A stretch of 64,000 bases of DNA from a phage: NCBI GenBank assembly GCA_027337125.1, contig GCA_027337125.1_3057.1; one strand, given 5' to 3'. Position 1 is the stretch's first letter, and the number at the start of each line of letters is the position of its first letter. Below the pieces are notes generated by a model, which was not told the DNA's origin, ran no database searches, and saw only the letters and a list, made by a program, of their open reading frames with translations. The translations under genes and the position numbers were made by a program. Positions 48,698-58,290 of this stretch are shown here, piece by piece.

Positions 48698-49691
48698 GTC
48701 TTATTTTGGTAGTCATCTTTATGGAACTTCTACCCCAGAATCTGATGTAGATTTTAAAGAAATCTTTGTTCCTCCTGCTCGTGATATTCTTATCGGAAAT
48801 GTTAAAGAGCATATGAGTAAAAATACCAACAACACATCATCTAAAAACACTAAAGATGATATTGACCATGAACTATACAGTCTTAAATATTTCTTTAAAT
48901 TAGCAGCAGATGCTGAAACTGTAGCATTGGATATGCTCCATACTCCACCTGAGTTAGTGGTTAAATCTGATTTGCCTGATGTATGGAAGTTTATTCAAGA
49001 CAATCGTTCTCGTTTTTATACGACTAACATGAAATCCTATTTAGGATATGTTCGCAAGCAAGCTTCTAAATACGGCGTCAAGGGTTCTCGTTTGGCCGCA
49101 TTACGTGATGTATTGAAAGTAGTTAATCAAATCCCTGATCAGTGGGTTGATTATCAAGAAGACGGTTCTATTAAGCAGCGTCGTACTAAAGTTGAAGATA
49201 TTAAGCATCGTCTTCCAGAGAACGAATTCTGTGAATGGGTGTTCCATAATCATGAGAAAACAGGCCCACAAACGTTCTATACAGTGTTGGGTCGTAAATA
49301 TCAGACAACGCTTTCTCTTATTGAGCTTAAGCAGTCACTGAACAAATTAGATGCTGAATACGGCGAACGCGCTCGTAAGGCTGAAGCGAATGAAGGTATT
49401 GACTGGAAAGCTCTGAGTCATGCTTGTCGTGGTGGACTTCAATTATTGGAAATTTACAAAACTGGTGACTTAGTTTATCCACTTCAAGACGCTCCATTTA
49501 TTCTCGACGTGAAGCTGGGTAAACACCCATTTAAAACTGTTCAAGAGTTTTTGGAAGATGTGGTCGATCAAGTAGAAGCAGCATCCATTGAAGCTTCTAA
49601 GAATGGTATGCAGCAAAAAGTAGACATGAGTTTCTGGGATGACTTCCTTGAAAGGGTGTATCTCGAAAACCACCGAAGTTATTATAAATGA
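48681..49691 (+). CDS. Nucleotidyltransferase-fold protein (pol-beta-like NTase motif)
   Basis: Start set at Met 13 of the track ORF; N-terminal GSHLYGTSTPESDVDF fits the G[SG]-x(9-13)-D-h-[DE] NTase signature; 336 aa. Confidence 0.7.
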   Translation: MKTVVKSYFGSHLYGTSTPESDVDFKEIFVPPARDILIGNVKEHMSKNTNNTSSKNTKDDIDHELYSLKYFFKLAADAETVALDMLHTPPELVVKSDLPDVWKFIQDNRSRFYTTNMKSYLGYVRKQASKYGVKGSRLAALRDVLKVVNQIPDQWVDYQEDGSIKQRRTKVEDIKHRLPENEFCEWVFHNHEKTGPQTFYTVLGRKYQTTLSLIELKQSLNKLDAEYGERARKAEANEGIDWKALSHACRGGLQLLEIYKTGDLVYPLQDAPFILDVKLGKHPFKTVQEFLEDVVDQVEAASIEASKNGMQQKVDMSFWDDFLERVYLENHRSYYK

Positions 49692-49693
49692 TA

Positions 49694-49718
49694 GGGAGCC
49701 TTCGGGCTCCCTTTTTTT
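49694..49718 (+). terminator. Strong intrinsic terminator (gggagcc-ttcg-ggctccc + U7)
   Basis: Perfect 7-bp GC stem, UUCG loop, ttttttt. Confidence 0.8.
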
Positions 49719-49742
49719 ATTTCAAAATTTTTTCATAAAACA

Positions 49743-49772
49743 GTTTACAAACATAAAGCTTTATGGTACTAT
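49743..49772 (+). promoter_or_regulatory. T4-type early promoter with conserved ggtactatacaactatcaa cassette
   Basis: -35 gtttac, 18-nt spacer, -10 tactat; the track ORF start at 49639 would read through terminator and promoter, so the start is taken at 49807. Confidence 0.6.
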
Positions 49773-49806
49773 ACAACTATCAACTGATACGGATTTGGAG
49801 AACAAA

Positions 49807-50775
49807 ATGAAAACTGTAACTATCAATAAGGGTATCTACTTCGGTAAAGAAATCTCTGGAACTTTTGAGCTCTTAGGCGAATGGTTCCCAGATAATGCTC
49901 CGGTAGATGCACAAGGAGATGGTAAAGTTTTTGTTGAAATTGACGGTAAACGTCGCGGTGTTTGGGTTTACAAATCAGACATTTCATATGATGGTGTAAA
50001 AGTTGAAGAAGTTAAAGAATCATATGAAGATATGAAAACCCGCATTAATAAAAGATTTAATGTTATGGGAATGATGACGAATGGTATTATTAACGGAAAT
50101 ATTCGTTCATTAATTATCTCTGGTGCGGCGGGTATTGGTAAAACGTATTCTTTAGATAAAGCTTTAAATAAAGCAAATGATATTGGATACATTGAGTATA
50201 AAAGCATTAACGGTAAAATCTCTGGTATCGGTCTTTATGAACAGCTTTGGAATAATCGTGAAGAGAATTCTGTCCTTTTGATTGATGATGTGGATGTTTT
50301 CTCTGATATGGACATTCTTAATCTTCTAAAAGCTGCTCTGGACACTGGAGAGACCCGTAAAGTCTGCTGGAGCACTGCATCTTCTTACTTAGAAGAAAAA
50401 GGCATTGAGCGTGAGTTTGAATTTAAAGGAACGATTGTTTTTATCACAAACGTTGATATTGACCACGAATTAGACCGTGGTACTAAACTTGCTCCACATT
50501 TACAAGCATTAGTGTCCCGCTCAGTTTATTTAGATTTGGGTGTTCACACTAATGAAGAAATTATGGTCAGGGTTGAAGATGTTATTCTTTCAACTGACAT
50601 GATGCAAAAGCGCGGTCTTTCTGATGAAGAAACTTATAAAGCATTATCATGGATGAAAGTCAATGTTAATCGTTTACGCAATGTTTCACTGCGTACTGCA
50701 CTTTATCTTGCTGACTTTATTATGACCGACAAAAACGGTTGGGAAGAAATCGCTGAAACGGTATTGTTAAAATGA
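49807..50775 (+). CDS. AAA+ ATPase (hypothetical function)
   Basis: Walker A GAAGIGKT, Walker B LLIDDVD, sensor-1-like FITNVD; 322 aa from the first ATG after the promoter. Confidence 0.8.
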   Translation: MKTVTINKGIYFGKEISGTFELLGEWFPDNAPVDAQGDGKVFVEIDGKRRGVWVYKSDISYDGVKVEEVKESYEDMKTRINKRFNVMGMMTNGIINGNIRSLIISGAAGIGKTYSLDKALNKANDIGYIEYKSINGKISGIGLYEQLWNNREENSVLLIDDVDVFSDMDILNLLKAALDTGETRKVCWSTASSYLEEKGIEREFEFKGTIVFITNVDIDHELDRGTKLAPHLQALVSRSVYLDLGVHTNEEIMVRVEDVILSTDMMQKRGLSDEETYKALSWMKVNVNRLRNVSLRTALYLADFIMTDKNGWEEIAETVLLK

Positions 50776-51491
50776 AAAAATATTTTACTATCTATAAAAC
50801 TGAAATATTAAATTTAAAGACTGGCATTAAGAAATATTATTATGGTCGACATATAACTAATAATATCAATGATTCGTATGTTGGTAGTGGAAATTATATA
50901 GAACGCGTAAAAGTGTCAAATGACCATATATTATCAAAAACTGTTTTAGAAGTTTTTGATAATTATGATAAAATGGTACAATCTGAAATATTATATATCA
51001 TGGCAGGCAAATTAAAATATGGTAAAAACTGTGTTAATCTGTCGTATGGGGGTGAAGGAGGAAAAGTTGCGGATGAAACTAGGATAAAATGTAAAAAGCA
51101 TTCCATAAATTTATGGAAAAATCCTAATCATATACAGCATATGAAGAAAAAGATGAAAGAGGTCACATCTACACCAGAAGCTAAATTAAACACTTCAATA
51201 AAAACTTCACAACGATATAAGGACCCAGTTTTTGTTAGAAAAGTTAGTAATATTATTAAAAAGGCACTAAGCAATCCTACGGTAAAAGAAAAGCATATTA
51301 ATGGAATTAAAGCTGCAAAGCGTTCTCATTTAACTATATGGCAGTATGAAGATGAATTATTCGAGCTTTGGAAAGAAACTAAATATGGATGGAGAAAATT
51401 TACAAAGGAAGCTATAAAACACGGGTATCCAAATGAACCGTATCGTAGTATGGTATCAACTTTTCAGAAAAGACATTTAGAAGAATCGTAA
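50772..51491 (+). CDS. Seg-like GIY-YIG homing endonuclease (free-standing)
   Basis: YFTIYKTEILNLKTGIKKYYYG (GIY-YIG-like), YVGSG, LSYGGEGG; resembles the segB product in this window; basic C-terminal half. Confidence 0.78.
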   Translation: MKKYFTIYKTEILNLKTGIKKYYYGRHITNNINDSYVGSGNYIERVKVSNDHILSKTVLEVFDNYDKMVQSEILYIMAGKLKYGKNCVNLSYGGEGGKVADETRIKCKKHSINLWKNPNHIQHMKKKMKEVTSTPEAKLNTSIKTSQRYKDPVFVRKVSNIIKKALSNPTVKEKHINGIKAAKRSHLTIWQYEDELFELWKETKYGWRKFTKEAIKHGYPNEPYRSMVSTFQKRHLEES

Positions 51492-51573
51492 GACAAAAAG
51501 GCAGTTCAGAAATAGATTATATGGACTGCCATCAAAAAGATGACTAGAATTAAACTGGTAAATGGAGGTAGTG

Positions 51574-51876
51574 ATGTTATACTCAAAGGCTCGTGAAATT
51601 TACGAAACTAAAATTAAAGAAGCAGTATTTCAGTTCGCAACAACAATGCGATGGACAAATGATTGGGAATATTCAAAAAATCATAAGAAGCCCCTGGTGA
51701 CAAGAAAGACTCATATGTTAGTGTTAATAGACCGTGAGCAGATTAAAGCCCGAGAAGCCCTCCAGAATCATAAAAAGGCTGCCTTTGAATGGTTTATGGA
51801 TAACACTGCTCCTGAGACTAAGAAAGCAGTGAGCGCTTGGTTCAGTGGAAAAAATTGTGAAAGAAGTTTCTTTTAG
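51574..51876 (+). CDS. Hypothetical protein
   Basis: Start set at Met 5 of the track ORF (GGAGG RBS 6 nt upstream); 100 aa. Confidence 0.6.
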   Translation: MLYSKAREIYETKIKEAVFQFATTMRWTNDWEYSKNHKKPLVTRKTHMLVLIDREQIKAREALQNHKKAAFEWFMDNTAPETKKAVSAWFSGKNCERSFF

Positions 51877-51878
51877 TG

Positions 51879-51908
51879 GTTTACAAGACTGTTCCTCTGT
51901 GGTACTAT
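51879..51908 (+). promoter_or_regulatory. T4-type early promoter with conserved ggtactatacaactatcaa cassette
   Basis: -35 gtttac, 18-nt spacer, -10 tactat. Confidence 0.6.
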
Positions 51909-51936
51909 ACAACTATCAACTACGGAGGAACACAAA

Positions 51937-52464
51937 ATGAACGCTAAAGATATTTTCAACCTGGTAAATTACAACGACGGTAAATTTAAATCTGAAGCAC
52001 AAAGCAAGTTCTTTAATGACATCTCAATCGGAGGTGAAATCACGGTTGATGGAGGACAAATTTACAAATCCCGTTGGAATTGGATCGTTATTATTGATGA
52101 GATTGGTATTATAGAAATTTATAAGAATACGAATAAAAATCGTACATTACACTGGTCTCGTGATACTAACGAACAGTACAAAAAGGATAAAGCATCTAAA
52201 TTATCTCGTGTAACTCAAGAAGATATTGAGTTCATCAAGAAAGATATTTTGATGTATGATAACTTAATTGCTGAAGAGCAAGCTGTTATTGATAAATTTG
52301 ATGAGATTAAAGCTTCTCGTGAAATTCCTGATTTTATGAAAGAATCAGTAAATGAACGATACACTCTCATTTCAGAGCGTATTGAAACTTACAAAAAGCA
52401 AAGAGCTGAACGCCAAAATACTCTTCGGAAGTTTGAAGAACGGTTAAAGACGGTACTCGCATAA
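51937..52464 (+). CDS. Hypothetical protein
   Basis: 175 aa, GGAGG RBS, helical C-terminal half. Confidence 0.7.
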   Translation: MNAKDIFNLVNYNDGKFKSEAQSKFFNDISIGGEITVDGGQIYKSRWNWIVIIDEIGIIEIYKNTNKNRTLHWSRDTNEQYKKDKASKLSRVTQEDIEFIKKDILMYDNLIAEEQAVIDKFDEIKASREIPDFMKESVNERYTLISERIETYKKQRAERQNTLRKFEERLKTVLA

Positions 52465-52465
52465 C

Positions 52466-52490
52466 CGCTTTATACCAAGGATGGTATAAT
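52466..52490 (+). promoter_or_regulatory. Putative MotA-dependent middle promoter
   Basis: cCGCTTTAt MotA-box-like element about 13 nt upstream of an extended -10 tggtataat. Confidence 0.45.
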
Positions 52491-52519
52491 GGTTCTAAGC
52501 CCTTTTAATTGAGATTATT

Positions 52520-52858
52520 ATGAAACAGTTGATAATTAAAAGATTGAATTTATTGATATGTTGTTTATGTATAGTAATTGCATATGGTTATTATGCTATT
52601 AATGATTATATGCATTATAAAGATTATGATGTTACTGTAGTTAATACCCTTACAGGAACTCAAGGAAAGGGGTCTAGTTTATCGTTTATTGCTGTATATG
52701 AACTAAATGACGGTTATAGATTTAGTGAATATATTTCCCCAGAGATGTATTCTTCAATAGAAAAAGGTGATAATATTACTGTAAGTTTACGTCCTTTCGA
52801 CGTAAAACAGACATGGTTTGATAATATTGTTTGGTTCTTTGGAATGGTATTAGTTTAA
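52520..52858 (+). CDS. Membrane-anchored protein (N-terminal TM helix)
   Basis: 112 aa; LNLLICCLCIVIAYGYYAI hydrophobic anchor plus C-terminal hydrophobic tail. Confidence 0.65.
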   Translation: MKQLIIKRLNLLICCLCIVIAYGYYAINDYMHYKDYDVTVVNTLTGTQGKGSSLSFIAVYELNDGYRFSEYISPEMYSSIEKGDNITVSLRPFDVKQTWFDNIVWFFGMVLV

Positions 52859-52934
52859 TCTGTGTGTGGTGCTTATGTAGTCTGTTCAATCATATTCTGT
52901 GTATTTAGTAAAATTGAAATTGAGTGAGGAAAAT

Positions 52935-53825
52935 ATGTCAGTGGTAATTAATAATGTCAATGCAGTAATTAAATCTTTAGTTAATAAAAAAATGATGAAT
53001 GAATGGACTGTATTTCGTCGTGGAGAGCCAGATAAATTTTTTCATAGATTTAACCCAACTTTGGATTTGAATGTTATTGACAGAGATGTTCATGCCGAAA
53101 TTTTAGATAAGTTTAAAGTTGATATTGGCTTTGGATTAGAAAAACATTTACAGCGAACAAATGGGTCTGGAATGAGTTTATCTAATCGCATTATGAAAGC
53201 CCTTAATAAAATTGGAGCATTGTCTCGTATTAATGCGAGTGAAATCCTTCGCAATTATAATAAAGGATATGACCTTTATGATCGACTAATGCCGAAGTTA
53301 TCATTTGACCAAATGATAGCAGATTTGTGGGAAAATCAACGACGATTATTAGCATTAGGCGCTCGATTAGCTAAAGGTCTAGATAAACAAATGATTTTTA
53401 AGACCAATAATACAGAAGACCTTAAATGCTTTAAATTTAGTATTCGCGGAGATGATTATTATATCAGAGCTCGCTCTACAGATTATGTTAATATGGGGCA
53501 TCATCTCTGTTTAGCTTTTGAAGTTTTAAAAGAAGCTGGAACATTAGAATATTCATCTGGTGCAAAATGTCCAATTGGTTCAAGTTGTATTTTAATTTAT
53601 CGCCCTGATGAATCCAGTTCATCTAAATTACCTACAAAACCTGTACCAGTTCGTAGTAACGAAAAACATTCTGAACAAATTGATTATTTTAATAAGCAGA
53701 TTGAAGAGCTGAATATTTCTATTCAACAATATGATGATGAAATTTTTAGACTATCTGGATTGAGTAGTAAAGCTAAATCTGAGCGTGAAAAGTTAATTAA
53801 AATTGTTGATTTACTTAAATCTTAA
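52935..53825 (+). CDS. Hypothetical protein with C-terminal coiled coil
   Basis: Start set at Met 13 of the track ORF (GAGGA RBS); 296 aa. Confidence 0.7.
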   Translation: MSVVINNVNAVIKSLVNKKMMNEWTVFRRGEPDKFFHRFNPTLDLNVIDRDVHAEILDKFKVDIGFGLEKHLQRTNGSGMSLSNRIMKALNKIGALSRINASEILRNYNKGYDLYDRLMPKLSFDQMIADLWENQRRLLALGARLAKGLDKQMIFKTNNTEDLKCFKFSIRGDDYYIRARSTDYVNMGHHLCLAFEVLKEAGTLEYSSGAKCPIGSSCILIYRPDESSSSKLPTKPVPVRSNEKHSEQIDYFNKQIEELNISIQQYDDEIFRLSGLSSKAKSEREKLIKIVDLLKS

Positions 53826-53833
53826 GGAATACT

Positions 53834-54862
53834 ATGAAAACTCGTTCTCAAATTGAAGATATTGTTCGTAATGCCAGTTATACTCGTGATGCTATGACAT
53901 TTTTGTGCGAAAATAATTTAGACCTTGGTAAAGTTAATTGTTCCATTCATGCCTTTAAGCATCTGAATAGCAGTGAATGGTTACGTCATTTTAGTAAAGC
54001 GGGGTATATTACACAAATGACTGCTCGTGAACAACTCGTTGATTTCTGTAAAACTATTGATTATAAAAATCCTCTATTTGTTCAAGGTGTTGGTCAAAGT
54101 AAGGTCGATTTATCATCTGGATTTTTCAATCCAAATCATTATCGTATTGAATGGAGATTTATTGCTCTATTTCGTAAACAACTAAAACAAATTTTGTCCA
54201 CAGCAAGTCGATTAAAAGGTTCTGATATCAACTTAAAGAATCTGAAATTTGATGGTTATACTCTTCAGATGGAAGTAAGACCATTAAAAGAAAATAATAG
54301 AACTGCACGAATTAGCTTTAAACCTAATACAAAAAATTCTCTTTCAATTTGCGAATGCCTTAAATCGCAGTTGACAGAAGCATTTAAGTATATGGATGTT
54401 GTTGCTGGTGTTCAGTCTAAGATTTCACAGCATTTCGAACGATTTAAATTAGACACAACAACATATGAACTTGATATGATCGTTTCATTTAAATATGATT
54501 TTTTGAGAAAGGACGAAGTCACGCAAGAGAAAAAGCAGGAAGTGCAAGATAACTTAAATTTAAATTTATCCAATTACTCATCAAACGATCCTAAATTTTG
54601 GATGTATAGTTCAGGTAATAAGGATGCATGGAAATTCAATAAAGTGAATTTTCTTCCTGTTGAAAATCCGAGTCTTAAACCTGTTGAAAAATGGCATGCT
54701 GATGCGATTGAGAAGTCTATCAAGGCAGTAGATGATGAACTCGTTAAAGCAACTAATGAAGTGTTAGAAGCTGAAAAGATGTTAGAAAAAGCTCAAGAAA
54801 AAGTCAAAAATCTCACGAAGCAACGTTCTAAACTGAACAATGCACTAAATGCACTGAACTAG
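53834..54862 (+). CDS. Hypothetical protein with C-terminal coiled coil
   Basis: 342 aa; C-terminal VLEAEKMLEKAQEKVKNLTKQRSKLNNALNALN. Confidence 0.7.
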   Translation: MKTRSQIEDIVRNASYTRDAMTFLCENNLDLGKVNCSIHAFKHLNSSEWLRHFSKAGYITQMTAREQLVDFCKTIDYKNPLFVQGVGQSKVDLSSGFFNPNHYRIEWRFIALFRKQLKQILSTASRLKGSDINLKNLKFDGYTLQMEVRPLKENNRTARISFKPNTKNSLSICECLKSQLTEAFKYMDVVAGVQSKISQHFERFKLDTTTYELDMIVSFKYDFLRKDEVTQEKKQEVQDNLNLNLSNYSSNDPKFWMYSSGNKDAWKFNKVNFLPVENPSLKPVEKWHADAIEKSIKAVDDELVKATNEVLEAEKMLEKAQEKVKNLTKQRSKLNNALNALN

Positions 54863-54891
54863 TTTACTTTACCACAAGGATGTGGTATAAT
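54862..54891 (+). promoter_or_regulatory. T4-type early promoter
   Basis: -35 gtttac, 18-nt spacer, -10 tataat. Confidence 0.6.
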
Positions 54892-54919
54892 GTTCTTACT
54901 TTCTACTGAGGAGATTAAT

Positions 54920-55921
54920 ATGACTCGTAACGAATATATCAAATCATTCAACAGCGTTATTGATGATAAAGCTATACCGATGTTTGGCCAAAATAGCGTT
55001 ATTTCTATTATCAATCAATGGCTCAATAGCGTTGACGCAAGTATTGTTTCTTCTGTTAAATTTATTCATGAAATTCGTAAAATTTCTAGCCGTGTAGATA
55101 AAGATGTTATCAAGAAAACCTTTAAAGAGTCTCGTCTTCTTTCATATTTGGTTAATCGGGATATTCTTGGTAATTTTGGGAAAGAAATTAAACGAACCAA
55201 AGATGTAGTAGGATATAATTGGTTCGGTGATGTTAATTCTTATCATCTTAATGTCAAAGAAGACCCCGAGAATATTTTTACTCGTCGTTGGATTAGTAAT
55301 TTCAGACTTTTCAAAGGACAGATTCTAAAATCAGCTTCTAAATTATGTTATGGTGATTATCGTCAAATTCATCCTTTGGCTTCTGATATGATTATCGTAA
55401 AAGAATATGAGCTTGATAAAAATAAAGTAGCTATTTTTGTGAATTATGAATTTTTTACACCAGAAACTAATCAAAAGAATATTAATAAATTTTTCTCAAT
55501 TGCTAGCACTATAACTCGTCAATTAGAAACCGCATTACTTTGTATGGAAACGGTAGAAAATATTCATACTTATCCTTTTAAGAATATGTGCGGTTGGGAA
55601 GGATATAAAATTGTAGTTAGTCTTCGTGAAGTGAAATGTGCTTATTCACCGACTGATAAAGAAATTTACCAACAAAAATGTGATGAAATTGTGAATACTC
55701 CTAAAGAAGAAACCACCCTTGAGGAACTAATGGATAATCTTAATGATTCGCCTGAACCAGTAGAAATTCGTCCAGAAGTTATTGCACTAGAAAAAGCTTA
55801 TAAAGAAGCTCTAGAAATTTCTAATAAAGCACAGAAAGAATATGTGCAGGCTAAAAGGATTTGGGAAGAATCTGTTAATCGCCTGGATCGTCTTGAACAA
55901 GCTTTACAGTTAATTAAGTAA
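54920..55921 (+). CDS. Hypothetical protein with C-terminal coiled coil
   Basis: Start set at Met 11 of the track ORF (GAGGAG RBS; the upstream ATG lies inside the promoter -10); 333 aa. Confidence 0.7.
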   Translation: MTRNEYIKSFNSVIDDKAIPMFGQNSVISIINQWLNSVDASIVSSVKFIHEIRKISSRVDKDVIKKTFKESRLLSYLVNRDILGNFGKEIKRTKDVVGYNWFGDVNSYHLNVKEDPENIFTRRWISNFRLFKGQILKSASKLCYGDYRQIHPLASDMIIVKEYELDKNKVAIFVNYEFFTPETNQKNINKFFSIASTITRQLETALLCMETVENIHTYPFKNMCGWEGYKIVVSLREVKCAYSPTDKEIYQQKCDEIVNTPKEETTLEELMDNLNDSPEPVEIRPEVIALEKAYKEALEISNKAQKEYVQAKRIWEESVNRLDRLEQALQLIK

Positions 55922-55973
55922 TTTAAAGCCAAGGATGGCTCGGAGCATAAATCATTAACCAAGTGAGAAGAAA

Positions 55974-56216
55974 ATGACCAAGCGTAAAGAATATATGGAG
56001 ATTGCTGAAAAGGCAGTCCGTGAATTAGCAATAGCGTATTATAATGAACACGGTAAATTTCCTGATAGATACAGCGTGCTTAAATCTGCTTTAACTCGTT
56101 CATATAAAAATATGCTATCAGAAGTAAGTGATATTATATACAAACATAAAGAACAAACAGGTCAAAGTCTTGATTACGACGAGACTTTTAAACAAGTACT
56201 AGGAATTAAGGAATAA
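55974..56216 (+). CDS. Hypothetical protein
   Basis: 80-aa ORF just upstream of nrdC. Confidence 0.6.
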   Translation: MTKRKEYMEIAEKAVRELAIAYYNEHGKFPDRYSVLKSALTRSYKNMLSEVSDIIYKHKEQTGQSLDYDETFKQVLGIKE

Positions 56217-56217
56217 T

Positions 56218-56481
56218 ATGTTTAAAGTATATGGTTATGATAGCAACATCCACAAATGTGTGTATTGCGATAATGCAAAACGTCTCTTGACTGTGAAGAA
56301 ACAGCCGTTTGAATTTATCAACATTATGCCGGAAAAAGGTGTTTTTGATGATGAGAAAATTGCTGAGCTTCTGACGAAACTAGGTCGTGATACTCAAATC
56401 GGATTGACGATGCCTCAGGTATTTGCTCCTGATGGAAGTCATATTGGTGGATTTGACCAATTGCGGGAATACTTTAAATGA
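56218..56481 (+). CDS. nrdC: Glutaredoxin (T4 thioredoxin) NrdC
   Basis: 87 aa, MFKVYGYDSNIHKCVYCDNAKRLLTVKKQPFEFINIMPEKG..., CVYC active site. Confidence 0.95.
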   Translation: MFKVYGYDSNIHKCVYCDNAKRLLTVKKQPFEFINIMPEKGVFDDEKIAELLTKLGRDTQIGLTMPQVFAPDGSHIGGFDQLREYFK

Positions 56482-56693
56482 TGCTCGAAGGAACTGATTA
56501 TATCCATGACTACCGCGGAAGCGCGGTATATGTGGGTGATGAGGTTGCAGTTTATTATGGTTATGGAACTTTGATGACAGCAAAGGTTATTCAAATTAAA
56601 AATGGCCGCGCTAAACTCGAAGTTTATTATTCTAATGGTGAAAAGTCTATTTCTAAATGGAAATACGGCGATTGTATCGTCAAATTGGGGTAA
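56478..56693 (+). CDS. Hypothetical protein
   Basis: 71-aa ORF, ATGA overlap with nrdC. Confidence 0.55.
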   Translation: MMLEGTDYIHDYRGSAVYVGDEVAVYYGYGTLMTAKVIQIKNGRAKLEVYYSNGEKSISKWKYGDCIVKLG

Positions 56694-56695
56694 AT

Positions 56696-56866
56696 ATGAT
56701 TTACGATATTAGTGTATCAAGAACTCCGTCAATGGTTACTATTCCAGCTGAAGAATTAGATCGTCTTCAGAAAATTGAAGAGCTTCTTTGGGAAATTGAA
56801 TCTGATTTGCCATCAGGATTAGAATCCTGGATTGATTATGAAGAACTTAATAAATTGCGAAATTAA
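56696..56866 (+). CDS. Small acidic hypothetical protein
   Basis: Start set at Met 14 of the track ORF, RBS GGGG; 56 aa. Confidence 0.5.
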   Translation: MIYDISVSRTPSMVTIPAEELDRLQKIEELLWEIESDLPSGLESWIDYEELNKLRN

Positions 56867-56876
56867 GTGGTGACAA

Positions 56877-57197
56877 ATGACTATTGAAAATAAATTAGAT
56901 GTTGATGCAGTTCTGAGTGAAATCATCGAAGACCATGATGCATTTTCAGAAAACTATGATTTCGATTTTTCCGATTATCTTAAACCTGTCGAAATAGAAG
57001 ACTGGGTGCAAGATGGTAAATGCCAATATCGTCAGTGTGTTTATTTTAGCCCAAAACATAATGTACATGTTTCCGTAAATGAATGCCGTTCAGGTTCTTA
57101 TCATTCTGACTGGTATTATGCAGTTCCGACTGTTGAATTAGTCGAGCCCCGTGAACGTGTAGTAACCCAGACAGTACGAGAATGGATTACGCTATAA
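56877..57197 (+). CDS. Hypothetical Cys-containing acidic protein
   Basis: 106 aa; four Cys (CQYRQC...C) could bind metal. Confidence 0.6.
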   Translation: MTIENKLDVDAVLSEIIEDHDAFSENYDFDFSDYLKPVEIEDWVQDGKCQYRQCVYFSPKHNVHVSVNECRSGSYHSDWYYAVPTVELVEPRERVVTQTVREWITL

Positions 57198-57320
57198 AAC
57201 CCTGGTGGGCGGCTAGATGGGAAACTGTAGAGCCAGAGCCGGAAGAACCGGTTTACACTGATGAAGAAACAGTATATAATGAACCAACGATAAACGACTT
57301 AATTGATATGGAGATGGGAT

Positions 57321-57704
57321 ATGATTGCAGTAGATAAGTGGTTTAGAATTAATCGTGCTGATATAGGGTTGTGTAATTACTGGCCGGAACTTAGTGCAGG
57401 TATTGTCTTTAAAGTTCGTGAACTTGTAAAAGAATGTGAAGATGACATAGAACCTGATATTGGAATTATTGAAATTGAACTTTCTGATGGAAAGATTATT
57501 AACATCTACGATAAGCCAATTACCTATTGGTGCTTGTGGAATACTGAATCAGTAGAAAATGGCGAAATTGAAGAAGTTGTAGAACGAGCTGATCAAGCTC
57601 TTCATAAACCTAAAGCCGCTTTTCAAGGTGAACGCATTTCATACGCATTAGCTAAATTAGCTGCACAAGAAAATAACGATGGTTATGAAGGAAATTTGAT
57701 GTAA
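57321..57704 (+). CDS. Hypothetical acidic protein
   Basis: Start set at Met 7 of the TTG-initiated track ORF, RBS GGAG; 127 aa. Confidence 0.6.
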   Translation: MIAVDKWFRINRADIGLCNYWPELSAGIVFKVRELVKECEDDIEPDIGIIEIELSDGKIINIYDKPITYWCLWNTESVENGEIEEVVERADQALHKPKAAFQGERISYALAKLAAQENNDGYEGNLM

Positions 57705-57816
57705 GCTGCGGCAGAATATATTGAATGGCTTGAAACTCAAATTTCTTTTTCTGACCGAGCGTTTTAATACTTGAAAATAATAAATACCCTTATCTATTCA
57801 AGGTAAGGGTTTTATT

Positions 57817-58290
57817 ATGTTATTGACTGGCAAATTATATAAAGAAGAAAAACAGAAATTTTATGATGCACAAAACGGTAAATGCTTAATTTGCCAACGA
57901 GAATTAAATCCTGATGTTCAAGCTAATCACCTTGACCATGACCATGAATTAAATGGACCGAAAGCTGGAAAGGTACGTGGGTTGCTTTGTAATCTCTGTA
58001 ATGCGGCAGAAGGTCAAATGAAACATAAATTTAATCGTTCTGGCTTAAAAGGACAAGGCGTTGATTATCTTGAATGGTTAGAAAATTTACTTACTTATTT
58101 AAAATCCGATTACACCCAAAATAATATTCACCCTAACTTTGTTGGAGATAAATCAAAGGAATTTTCTCGTTTAGGAAAAGAGGAAATGATGGCCGAGATG
58201 CTTCAAAGAGGATTTGAATATAATGAATCTGACACCAAAACACAGTTAATAGCTTCATTTAAGAAGCAGCTTAGAAAGAGTTTAAAATGA
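57817..58290 (+). CDS. 49: Endonuclease VII (Holliday junction resolvase) gp49
   Basis: 157 aa; MLLTGKLYKEEKQKFYDAQNGKCLICQRELNPDVQANHLDHDHELNGPKAG...; zinc-binding Cys plus H-N-H-like core. Confidence 0.95.
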   Translation: MLLTGKLYKEEKQKFYDAQNGKCLICQRELNPDVQANHLDHDHELNGPKAGKVRGLLCNLCNAAEGQMKHKFNRSGLKGQGVDYLEWLENLLTYLKSDYTQNNIHPNFVGDKSKEFSRLGKEEMMAEMLQRGFEYNESDTKTQLIASFKKQLRKSLK

